From the NCBI RefSeq assembly GCF_009834535.1, contig NC_045707.1, positions 56,670,001-56,734,000 on the forward strand: DNA of 64,000 bases, given 5' to 3'. Source of the stretch: Camelus ferus (taxonomy: Eukaryota). Positions 52,438-64,000 of the stretch are shown here, piece by piece. The notes beneath the pieces were generated by a model that saw only the letters and a list, made by a program, of their open reading frames with translations, was not told the DNA's origin and ran no database searches. The position numbers and the translations under genes were made by a program. Numbering within the stretch: the stretch's first letter is position 1; each line of letters begins with the position of its first letter.

Positions 52438-53896
52438 TTTTGTATAGACTACCAGTCACAACATACCTTTCTTTGCCTTTTCAAAAGTTTCTCCTAGTTT
52501 TCAGTTGGCTCTGACCAAATAATTTACAGATAATTGAATTTTTCTCCTCAATAACCCAATTTATATGAAGAATCAGAAAAAAGTAATTAACTATTGAGCT
52601 GTTAAGTCTTGGCATTTTATTTGAAAATATCATGAGAAATATTTTCCCCAAGGACAGAAATATGCAGAAAGAAAAATGAATTGACCTTGCATTATAAAAC
52701 CAAAGAATTCTTCAGGATCAACAACCCTGCCAAACCAGCCTTTCTCCACAACAGACTTCTGCAAAAGCAAGCCCTCTAATTAATAGCTGCTGGACTCAGT
52801 ACAACAACTGAAATTGAGATGGGTTTGATTTTTTTTTAACATAAGATTGAAGAGAGAAAATGAGATAATTTCTGATTTTCAAAATGCCACACAATAAGTC
52901 ACTGTTACACCTTTATGTCTGTGTTGTCTATTTTAAATAAATAAACAATTTAAAAATATTCTGAACAGTTCATTTATTTTATGACTGGTTGCTTCTGATT
53001 AGCAGCTAGGATGTGAAGTTACTACATTAGCTAATGTAATTTATGGCATCTGTTTTATGGAATATTTGAAAGAGTGTTAGTTTATATTGTTTGGATGGAA
53101 ACCAGACAATACAGCACCCAGGAAACAAAGGAATATTAAGTGTAATTAGTAGGATAATAGCCTAAACAAATTTATGTATCTGAGTCTATTTCATAATGCT
53201 TACGTCTAAGTCAGTCAGGATCACTTACCTCTCTGCATAGACTACTGTAAGAATTCAGGAAGAAAGCATATGAAAATAATAAAATGGAAGTTGTAAAGTC
53301 TAGTAGCTTTAAGTTAGTATTAAATAATTTGTTGATAAAATTAAAAAGTAAAAGCTGACTATTTTATAAAATGAGCAATTATTTGTGGATTTTCTAAATG
53401 AAAGAATGAACATTAATTCATTCAATTATTTAAGTAATACAAACATCATTTACTTCCTACCTGTTAAATGCCAAACACTGCTTGCTGTTCAATATAATAA
53501 CAAATAAGGGTAAGATGGAGGTATTAATTATAAGGTATTTGTATAGTTGCAGGGGAAGAAAGGTGTAATAAAGGTAGTAACATGTTACTATAAATTGAAT
53601 TAGATTGGATAAATCATGAAAAAAAGAGTTTGAGAACTAGATGAAATCAAGATATATTTTGTAGGCAGGAGATCTGTATGTTGTCATAAAAAGAGAAAGC
53701 ATGCTATTTGGAGGAAGTCAGTGAACCATATTTCATTGAGGTCAAATTTTTTAGCATGGTTGGAGTTGGGGCAGTGGGTAGAGGAGAGACAATTAGGCTG
53801 ATGAACTACAAAGAGTCTGGTGAGTTGGGGGTCAGGTGGCAATATTGGAAACCTTTTCTTTACTAAGACTTCCCTCCCCTTTACTTTCTTTAAGCA

Positions 53897-54145
53897 ATGA
53901 TGTGTGAAGTGATGCCCACGATTAATGAGGACACCCCAATGAGCCAAAGGGGGTCCCAAAGCAGTGGCTCGGACTCAGACTCCCATTTTGAGCAACTGAT
54001 GGTGAATATGCTAGATGAAAGGGATCGTCTTCTAGACACCCTTCGAGAGACCCAAGAAAGCCTCTCACTTGCCCAGCAAAGACTGCAGGATGTCATCTAT
54101 GACAGAGATTCGCTCCAGAGACAGCTCAATTCAGCCCTGCCACAG
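53897..54145 (+). CDS. PPFIA2: Liprin-alpha-2 (PTPRF-interacting protein alpha 2), first coding exon (aa 1-83); CDS continues beyond the window
   Basis: Translation [83 protein letters not shown] is the recognisable liprin-alpha N-terminus and start of the coiled coil, in its alpha-2 version. Polypyrimidine tract plus AAG acceptor (exon starts 53895, CA|ATG); donor CAG|GTATGC after 54145; 249 nt, phase 0. Confidence 0.96.
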
Positions 54146-56142
54146 GTATGCCTCCTGGGAGCATCTGTCCTTCCTATTGCAATTGAAAATGAGATAAGAC
54201 CTAAATAAGCTTTGTTTAATTCCAATTCTTGCAACTGCTTTTCCCCTTAGCATACAGAATATGCAAATTTTGGTAAGAAAAATTTAAGAATAGATAACTA
54301 GTTCACATGAAACCTTGCCTCAAACAAAACTGTGGTATTTTGGTGGTGGGTGGTGTGAAGTGTGAGTTCCTATCTGGTCTTTCTCTTGAAAACTGTTTTT
54401 TGCTGGAGGTAGAAAACCACCTGTTGTTCAGCTTTTAATCATCAGAATGTGGGACTAAGTAGTTTTTTCTTTCTTACTTTTTAAATACTATCATGACATT
54501 TGGAAATACGTGTTTTAAATTTTCAGTTATGTGGTCTGTCTTTGGAAATGATTGTACTTTTGAAAGTCTGCTGGCCAATATTTTTTATTTGTCTTTCTTT
54601 AAAAATGCCTAACACCTTCTTAAAATTCTTGAACTTATTGATGTATTACCCTTTCTTCTGAAAAAAAAAATTCAGTTTCTTTTGTTTAAATATTTTGGAA
54701 ATAGGAGAAAAGGCAAAAGTTTAGTTTTATTCTCATAAACTTAAATAGTAATAGTAATGTTGCATGTAGTAATATTATTATACAAAATAACTGATCTTTT
54801 TAATATATTTTTGTCAAGTATTTTATTTTATACAAAAATAGAACATTTTAAGGATTTTTAGCTAATTTATACACAGAGTTAATAATGAAAATCAATTCTC
54901 TTATTTAAGAATAGCATAACTATATTTATTTTGGGTATGAGCAAAAGAATAGAATATGAGTGAGATTTTGAATAATCACTTCCCAATAAACTATATTTTT
55001 CTTTTAAATACAAGTTTGATTGGCCCTCTACTTGAAAGACAGTAGAGCAAAAGTTGAACAGTTGACCTCTCTCCATGAAGTTACATCTTCTAGGAAATAT
55101 CTTTTTATAAGTATTGAAAATACATACTCAAAGTGGATAAAATTCTAAACCCAGCTATACTATTGACTTGCAGTGTGAGTGTGATGTTGAGATATTTGTG
55201 ACTCTCAGATATTCTGAAAGGATTACCTAGAATGCTCTGTCACATCCCTGTTAGGTAATTCCGTAACTCTGTATAGATTACTCCTCTCCCAGTTCTTTTC
55301 ATTTTCACTGTTTGTCTTGCGTTGAGATGCAATAATGCAATAGTAAAACTCTAGCCTATTGGTACACTGATTTGTTTAATCACAAAGAATGTTTTGATTC
55401 ATTTCAGAAGAAGACTATCATATCGTCACCAAGATTATATTTTTTAAGTGAGACATTTCAGTCTTTGTTTTTCATAAGAATATTCATAGAATGAATACCG
55501 TCATGCTTACTCCCCTCCAAGATTATCTGAGTTGGTCAATGCTGTTGTTAAAGTGGAACCAATCCCACTACTCATTACCTTCTGTGACAGGCACAGAATA
55601 GGGCAATCATTTCTCTTTTTAGACAGAGTGTTTCATTAAGAAACCCAGGATCATAATTTTGTTGGGGGCAAGTTCAACACACTTTTATTATGTATTAACA
55701 GCAGTCATCTGAAGTTTATAATTGAATTACATAATGATTGTGTGTTCCCCATATTCTCCACACTCTTCTTGGAAGTTGACTCTCTTTTCCTAAGTGTAGG
55801 ACTTTACATGTATCCTGCCTACAGATATCTTTTTATATTTTATTCAAGTTTGATGCTGTCAATTTGGGATCCTAACACTATCAAAGTGATTCTAAGAATA
55901 ATTTGAGTTTTTTTCTATTCGTAAGAAAATGGGTGAGTAATTTATAAGTATGTTGTAAAAATAAAATACTAGAATAAGATATTGGGGGGAAAAGGAGAAA
56001 ACTGGAGATGTTTTCATACATAATTATATTGTGTAGGTAAATTTCTTCTTAAAGGTACAGAAATGAAACATTTTAATTCTTGCATTCAGTTACATTGAAA
56101 ATATAGATTATAATACATATAAATTTTAAAATTTTAATTACA

Positions 56143-56464
56143 CTGGTGCACAGCATCTTCCAAACACTTTGTGTTTTAGAGTTCAGAATTTTCTCGATTT
56201 TCTGTATGTGTGTAATCTGTTATTATAGAACACTCCTCCAGCCAGATTCTGTGCAGCACCCTATAATTATATATGTTCATATTTCTGAAGAGAATTCTAT
56301 GAATATTCCTACTGCATGGAAAACATAAAGACTATATAAGTGGTCTCATGTTAATACAGGTCTGGTTTTGCCACCAATCAAGTTTGCAACATACTCACAA
56401 ATGAAATGTCAGTTTTCAGAGTGTTTAAGTTTTGGAATTATAGATTATGGATTATGAGCCTATG
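56143..56464 (-). mobile_element. TcMar-Tigger non-autonomous element (MER46C-like)
   Basis: 'gcagcacccta...tatttctg...atgaatattc...ataaagactatataag...caggtctggttttgccacca...cagttttcagag...ggaattatagattatggattatgagcct'. Confidence 0.7.
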
Positions 56465-57149
56465 TATTTAGAGATATAGTTTCATAACATAGCTCTTTCA
56501 TAAATACTTTAACATTTTTCAATATTTATTTGTATTTTATTATTAGAAATATTTAATACCCCTAGGAATCCATAGGTTCTTAAAGACCTAGTGATGGTCT
56601 TGACACTTTTTTTTAAGCAAGTATTTAATAACCTAATCTGTAACTTTAGGGCTATAAGTTTTCTGCAAGTAAGAGAGGAATATTCTTCTTTCATTGGTAT
56701 CTTTGAAACTTTTTAAATACTTCGTGAGCACTGTACCTGCACTGCTTGGTAGCACTGAATTTGACATTTACCTGGAAGTAGAAAATGACTCCCATAACTT
56801 AAGTCTTGAGGCAGAAGTAAAGCATGTAAAATTGAAAACTACAATAACATAAAATGAAATTTGTTTTTGCAAACATGGGGTAGAATTCAGACTAGAGTCA
56901 AACTTTATGACATAGCATGTTTTCAGTTGCCTACTACGCAAGTATTTTTTAGTTGTTGATGATTTAGTGCTTTGCTTTAGTCACTTTCTCTCCTATCAGT
57001 TTTTATGCACAAATGCAGCAGTGAATTTAACAATCCTAACCATATATTTTGTAGTCATATTTTTTATTTTTCCATTATGTGATTGAGTGTAACTATGCTT
57101 AAAAGAGTATTAATAATTCCACATCATTCCACATCTCTAGGCCTGGTGT

Positions 57150-57840
57150 TTCTCAGTTACACACTCAGTTTTCTACCTTTCTAATACACAGATCCATTTT
57201 AATATTTCACAGAATCTCAGGTTCAACATGCCTAAACTCAGTCCTCATCTGCCTCCCACTCCCTGCCTAAATCTGCTCTAACTCCTCCCTGAGACACCTG
57301 GGAGTCCTCACAGCTGAGGCTTCCTTCCTCATTTCTGAACTCACTCATCATTGGACCATACTGTTTTTACCTTTTAAATAAATCTCAAGTCTCTCTACTC
57401 TTTTCTGTTCTTTGGCACTGGGCTCTCACTGTCTTTTCTGTTCTCTGTCCTACCATTTCCACTTTTGTAAATGTGTCATGTTATATGCTTGAATAATGAC
57501 ACACTGTTTGCAGTGTCCTGACAAACTTCATGATATTCCATTCTTTTTCCTTCATGTATTTTCCTCTCTGCTCATATGTTCTTCCTCAGTGTCTCTGTCT
57601 TGTTCATTTCCAGTTCTCACCAAGACTTTATCTATTCTAGAAGGCCTTTTCTGAACCTCCAAGATAGGTCCTCTGTGTTTCTTACCCTTATTATTTTCTC
57701 ATTCTATTATCTGTTTACGTGCCTGTTTTCTACCCTTGACAATTAACTCCTTGAGAAGAGGAGCGTATCTTTATCATCTATAACCCTCTGGATCAGGAGA
57801 GTACCAGATTCATAGTGAGGGCTTTTAAAGTAAAACTAAA
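57150..57840 (+). mobile_element. L2 fragment
   Basis: Pyrimidine-rich L2 3' region: 'atctcaggttcaacatgcctaaac', 'acctgggagtc', 'aactccttgagaagag'. Confidence 0.65.
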
Positions 57841-59359
57841 TTAAATGTGTATACATCTTGATGTAGAAAGAGCAAAAAGCTTGATATAAGGAAGATGTAG
57901 TTTGTACTGTGTTTCTAACATACATTATCAGCTTGAGTCAGGTCTTCAGATTTCCATGCTACAAAAGTGGTTAATACTAATACCTCACAGGGTAGTATGT
58001 GATGATTAAAAAATAATATAAGTAAAAACTAACTGATTTATAAAGCATTAAATATGGAAATGCTTGCATTTCTTTTATCCAGGATGCCGAAAGATAAACT
58101 AATTTCTATATATTTTTGAACAATTTGCTAGGAATACTGATAAAATAGTCTTTAACATTTTGGAAAACAGAGCAAAAATTTACCAATTATTAATATACTT
58201 ATTAAAAATATTTAAAGGAGAGATGAAAGGAGTGAAAGTTCCATTGCAAAAGGCTATTAGATTTAAAAGTTCAAAATTTCTTTTCAGCACCTTATTTAGC
58301 AATCGTTGAGGGTCTTCCGTGTATTTAAATGGTTATGTATGTTTGTATAGGAGATAGAAAAAGATGCAACATATTTTGGTTCCCAGAGAACTTAGGAAAT
58401 AGAATTGCTGTGAAAAAATATATAAATGGATCCAAATTAATATAGTACCAGAAGATTATAAAAGTACTGAAAGTATTTGCACCATAATATGACATGAGAT
58501 TAACTTCAGAAAGTTTCATGTGGAAAGTGACATGAAAGAGAGATTTTTTAAGAAAAGGTTAGAAAGGTCTAGAGGGTATTCCATTTCAGGCATATAGTTG
58601 TGCAGACATGACCCTGCCATGGACATGTGAAGGGCTGGAATTCAGCCTATGCTCTGCTTTCCAGGCTAGGCTTGGGGTTCCTAATTCTCATAAAGGAGAC
58701 AGATGAGCTAGCAGTGTCTCTGGTTTAAAAAGAAGACTAAATAGGAATTAAATAAGGAGCGTAACTAACATCTGTTTTTCTTGAAGGGCTGTAGGGTAGG
58801 AATGAAGTTTTGTATAATGACAGTGGAAGAATGTAGCCTGCTCATATGTGTGGTAAAAGCTAAGGATAGACGTTTACATACAGGATAATCAGTATAAATT
58901 TGAGTGAACTAGTAACATGATAAGCTAATAACAAAGGAATATTATTCTGCCATTTTAATTTAGGATGGATTATATAATACTTATGTTTCAGCTATCTGTT
59001 GCTAAAATAATGCTATGTAACAAAGAACACAAAACCTCAGTGTCATGCAAAAAGATTGGTTTATGTAATTCTGCTGACCTGGATTGGTTGATCTTGGCTG
59101 GGCTCAGTATTTCATGGCAAAATTACAGGGAAGGATGAAGCATAGGTAATAACGTTAGTGCAACTGACATATCACAAATAGGTGCTAAAAATGTCATTTG
59201 GGTCATTATTATGTAGTAGAGCTTACTGTGGTAAGGTAAGAGTTCTGGTGAGGTGTGGGAATTTGAAATAGGATTGTGAACCTTGAAACTAAGAAAGACA
59301 TGTAAATGTAAAGAATGTTAAGGAGAAAGTATGGACATAGCTAGATAATGAACTAAATG

Positions 59360-59950
59360 GGCAAGACTTTGGACTAGAGTTGGAAGATCTGAATTTGAAT
59401 TGGAATTCTTCCACTTATTAACTGAATAATCATTGGTAAGTAACTTGACTTCTTTGAAGCTGTTTCCTTAATTGGAAGGAGAGAATAATATCTACCCTAG
59501 GAGTAGTTGAAAGGAAGAGTGTGTATGTGCTTCAGAAACCCTGAACATTAAAAAAAAGTCAGGTGGTATTTTTCAAAACTTGGGATGTGTCAGTATACAC
59601 ACTGATGAGGAATTAAGTTAAAAGAGGCTACCTGTGGAGAAGAGGAATACATTTATATTTTCATATTTAAAATGCAAAATATTTAAGTGAAACTTACAGA
59701 GAGTGACAGAAGTCCCTTTTATTCTGGAGACACTCTAATTAGGTATCTTTTTGGCTTGCTACTTACTAGCTCAATAACCTTGGTCAAAGAAGTTATTTCA
59801 AATAATGACAGAACCTGCCTCATACAATTATTATGAGAAATAAGTAAGCTGGAACATGTCAAATGATCAATTCAGTGACTCACAGATAGTACATGCTCAA
59901 TAAATTTTAAGTGCAGCTATTGGTGCTGTTATTATTACCATAGATATTAT
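59360..59950 (+). mobile_element. MIR fragments
   Basis: 'ggactagagttggaagatctgaatttgaat...ccacttattaactg...ggtaagtaacttgact' and 'cttactagctcaataaccttggtcaa...gctcaataaat'. Confidence 0.7.
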
Positions 59951-60199
59951 CATCATTATCCTCAGTCAACTTTAACTGCACTATTGAAAGCACTAAAAAT
60001 CCTTACTCTCTGCAATCTTTATTAAATTTTGGAATCCTTTGATTTACTTTTTTTTAAAATCTTAACTGCACTCTCTTAAATGGTTTTCCCAAATTCTCCA
60101 CTTCCTATACGGCCAATCTTACATGTCCCTTGATTCAGTCAAACAACACCCTTCCTGTTGTGCTGAGAAGAAAACATCTGGATTGATTACCTTCCTTTT

Positions 60200-61270
60200 C
60201 AATGAAACCTAATGCCACCACCCTTGTTTTCGCCCGTGTATCTGTGAGAGAAAGATGCTGAATCTTTTGCTACCTCTTACTATAGTTATTCTTTTCTTAA
60301 TCTGTTTTTATTTCTTCCAGTTATTTTTCCCCTGACTAAATGAAATGGTATTCATCTGCAGCCTTCATTTCCCACTACTTATATTCCTTTATTTCTGTTT
60401 ATTTGTACCTCTTTCTTTTTTTAACCCTTATGATCAGGCTTCTATCATTACCATTCTTCTAAAAATATACTCCTGTATGCCACCAATGGATACATATTTT
60501 GCAAAATTAGTGATTCTCTTTCATTCTTCATACCCTGTGGCATCTCTGTGCCAAGATACGTTATTAATTATCTCATCTTGAAATCCCCATGTACTTAACT
60601 CTTCATAACCATTCCCTTTCTAGGCTACAAGGTATGTTGCTCTTCAATTCTCATATTTTCACCCCATACACTTATAGTCATAGTCATATTTATTTACCTA
60701 TGTTCTTCAATCTTAAGCATTGCCCTTCTTGTTTTAGACTAATGATGCTTCCCTCTAAGTCCTTGATCCCCTCCTTCTCATCTCCACCTTTGCTTATTTT
60801 TTTCTGTCTCCAATATCTTCAACTTTTCTCTCTCGTTACATGTTCAAGTCTATTCTTTAAAAGCACAATGATGACAAGTCTAATACCAATAAAAAAGTTC
60901 CTTGACCTGTGTCTCCACTTAGCTAATAATTTATGTTTTCTTTTCCTTTATTTCCTAACTTGTCTGTTCTCACTGTCTCAATTTCTTTGTTTTTGCTTCA
61001 CTTTTTATGCAACTGAGTCTGGCTTTCCCTCTAATTCTCTGCTACAAATTATGTCACCAGTAACGAACTGATGAATGCGGTAGGTTTGTTTGATTAAAAT
61101 TCACTGCAAAATTTGATACTGTGATTTATTCCCTTCTCAAAAAACACCTCCCACAACAAAAACCAAAACAAAACATTTTACTCTCTTAACTTTTATGACA
61201 CCACACTGTCTTCATTCTTAAGTCATTTTTTTACTGTTTTCTCCTATTTATTTTTCCTGTAGGCAATTCC
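60200..61270 (+). mobile_element. L2 fragments (degraded ORF2/RT region)
   Basis: 'gagtctggctttccctctaattctctg...gtcacca', 'aaatttgatactgtgatttattcccttctc', 'atgacaccacactgtct'. Confidence 0.55.
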
Positions 61271-62544
61271 TCATCTAGCTACTTTTTAAATGTTAAATGA
61301 TAAATACAAGATGAATGATAGTAATAGTTCACTCCCCTATTCCAGGCAATGTTTCCTGTAAGCATCCAGATATTAAAATGGGAGTCTGTCTTTCTGTTTG
61401 AAGGGAGGCTAAATAAGTGAGGTACAAGACTTTATTTGCAGGAGGTGCTAAGATATAATCAAACTAGTAAGTCCAGCATTAGTTCAAACTCCATTTTAAG
61501 ACTCTACAAAGGTTGGTAAAGCTAGAAGAGAGAATTGTTTTGGAAAGCTGTTGGTCTGCTATGCATAATCTACCACTCTGTATATAAGGCATGGGGTGAT
61601 TCCTGTTAAACTTAACCAAGTGAGAAGGGTTTCAGGGAAAACATTCAGAGAGCTTGATGTGTTTCCTCCAGAAGTTAAAGGATATAGAGGATAAAGTCTA
61701 AAAGCCACAGTTTTGGCTGGAGATGCCCCTGCCTCTGTGGTAGGCCAGAGCTGCATGTCAGGTAAGCTGCAGCTCCTCCAATATCAAGACAAAAGTTGGT
61801 GATCTTTTGAAGAGAACATGGGACCCTTAAAAGGGGAGCTTACTTAGGGTTATCTTTGTGTAAATCCACAGAGTAAGTAGACTGTTAGAAGCCCAGGTTT
61901 CCAAATGGTGAACGATGAGTGACAAATTGGGAGATGGATTCCAGAGAAGAGACTGAGAGCAAATCAAGTAAAAGTGGGGAGAAACCTACAGAGTGGTTCT
62001 TGGAGAAAGCCACAAACACACTCTAGCAGGAGGATCCTTGATTGTGTATTTGCCATTTAGAAAGCTGTGACCATGGATGACAACTGGGTCACCCACATAC
62101 CACTGTGATCTTTCTCTCAAATTTCCGCTTCATAGGTCCTCATTCTACAAGGGTCAGAAACTGTTGCTTTGGGTGGGGGATGTCAGAGTTAAGAGAGGCT
62201 ACCATGCCCTATTCCTCCAGTGCAGACTTACCACAAAGCCTGAAACAAGCCTGAACTGTGTGCAAGGAGGGGAAAGCTTTAGGTTGGATAGGAACTCACA
62301 GCTGGTATATTACGCAGTCCCATATTGAACTAGAACCATGAAATCGTTAGACTTTTTAATTTCAAAACAAAAGGACACATAGTTTATTTCCTAAGCATGA
62401 GCAGAAAAGCTAAGATACCTGTCTGATTTCATTTGGGTTAATTTCTTCACCTGAGGGAATCAGAGGAGATGTAATAATGCTAATTTCTGAATCCAGCTCA
62501 TTCATTAAACTGGTTGGATATATTATCTCAGTTAACACTCAAAA

Positions 62545-62625
62545 CATTCCAGTGAATTTATCACTATTATTCCCACTTTACAGAAGATAAAACTGAGGCA
62601 CAGAGAAGTTAAGTAATCTGTTCAA
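62545..62625 (-). mobile_element. MIR core fragment
   Basis: 'cactattattcccactttacagaagataaaactgaggcacagagaagttaagtaat'. Confidence 0.8.
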
Positions 62626-63529
62626 CCAGGATTCCATTTATGGCTTACTTTTGTTTTACTCTGATCCATATCCTTTATCTCATTATGTTAATCTAGATTT
62701 AAAGAACTATTAAGCTTCTCTGGAAACCTTTTTTAGGAGACATGGGCCACTGAAAGAATTTCTCATGACTACTCCCAAGTTCTAATAAGCAAACAAAATT
62801 ATTATTAATGAAAATGTGAAATGATTATTAGACTTAGTATAATTATACTGAACACAATTATTTAAGGATCCCAAATCCTCATATTTATGATACCATGAAT
62901 TTGCCTTTTTATGTATGGAGTGTACTTTATAGTCCATTAAGTCCATTTAATAAGGAAGAGAGTATAGGTTCCATGGAAAAATATTTAACTAGAAATTATA
63001 GTACCTGGATATCAGTTTCAACTTTGCCAAACCCTGTGACAATAGAAAACCACTGAACTTCTTATACTTCTGTTAACTTACTTATAAAAGAGTGAATTCT
63101 ATACCCTTAACATGTTATACACTTTTGCCAATTTCAAATGATTATAAAGGGCATACACCTTACCTTTATTAATTTAGTCAGAGCTATTTAATAAACAATT
63201 ATTATTTATTCAAGAAATATTTTAGGGCCTACTCTGTGTTAGGTTCTGTGCTTACAGTAGAGTGTTGCTTCACATATATTATTTATCTTATATATGATAT
63301 GATACAATATATGTTATATATCTTATCTCATATATTATATATGCATCATATATATATGTATATAATCTTAAGAACTTGGCCAAATATGGTTTTTAGGCAT
63401 ATGTTGTGGTAATAAGAAGGCAATGCCTACAATTCCATAAATATTACATTTATTTATAAATTCTTTGAAACTGACCATTATTTCTAGCTATTTCATTGTC
63501 TTTTATCCTCTACTGTGATGAATTGTCCA

Positions 63530-64000
63530 TATTCCTAGAATAGCCCAGTTCCCTCTCTGGTGTTCCAGATCTCATCCCCTCTTGCTATTCCAGGACAAAA
63601 CTTTTTTCCCTCTTTTTCTTATGTTACCAATATTTCCATCTCTAATGGATTATAACCAATACCATTAAATATTCTTGTATTTCTCCCACTTAAAAAATCT
63701 ATTAACAACCCTGTCCTACCAAGCTATCACCCATTTGTCTATCTTTCCCTTTGCAGCAAGAGTTAAATTTTTTTTCCTACACTTGTTCTAATTTCTCTCC
63801 CATCATTTCTCTTGAAGCCACACCACTCAGGCATTCACTACATCAATTTCATCTAGACTGCTCTTGCAAGCATTAATATTACCTCCGTATTGCTAAATCC
63901 AGTAATCAATTCTGTTTCCATTTTGTTTATCAGTGGACAGGATCTCCCCTGCTTCCTTGAAACACATTCTGCATTAGGCTCTAGGACAGCTCACTTGCCT
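63530..64000 (+). mobile_element. L2 ORF2 (RT region) fragment
   Basis: 'ccactcaggc...actgctcttgcaag...acctccgtattgctaaatcca...cttccttgaaacacattct...ggctctaggaca' follows the L2 RT consensus. Confidence 0.75.

Noticed and set aside
54146..54208. Read-through extension of the PPFIA2 ORF ([20 protein letters not shown])
   Set aside because: It follows a good CAG|GTATGC donor and is not liprin-like, so it is intronic; no nearby canonical poly(A) signal supports a truncated isoform.
7724..57135. Short tandem duplications of 10-14 bp (7724-7743, 15455-15483, 44279-44302, 57116-57135)
   Set aside because: Ordinary slippage duplications; the units are unrelated and there is no repeat-spacer periodicity, so no CRISPR-like or array system.

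Overview
AT-rich mammalian genomic DNA. It is most likely from a camelid (camel, alpaca or llama lineage), inferred from two tRNA-Ala-derived SINEs of the camelid Vic-1 type and a cetartiodactyl-type L1 3' end. Positions 1 to ~48.4 kb are intergenic and full of old interspersed repeats (L1, L2, MIR, MaLR/ERVL/ERV1 LTRs, hAT-Charlie and Tigger elements). At ~48.4-49.7 kb a CpG-island promoter drives PPFIA2 (liprin-alpha-2) on the + strand. There are two non-coding 5' exons (ending 48877; 49594-49700) and a first coding exon (53895-54145; codons 1-83), followed by a long intron that runs off the window. All other ORFs in the track look spurious or repeat-derived. I found no evidence for a novel multi-gene biological system. 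The most interesting signals are regulatory: two uORFs in the PPFIA2 leader, an RFX X-box-like motif overlapping both a splice acceptor and a uORF start codon, G-quadruplex motifs, a GAS motif in an ERV1 solo LTR, a young SINE with intact Pol III boxes, a cryptic microexon-like unit, and a few perfect inverted or direct repeats. Repeat family names and boundaries come from pattern recognition and are approximate.
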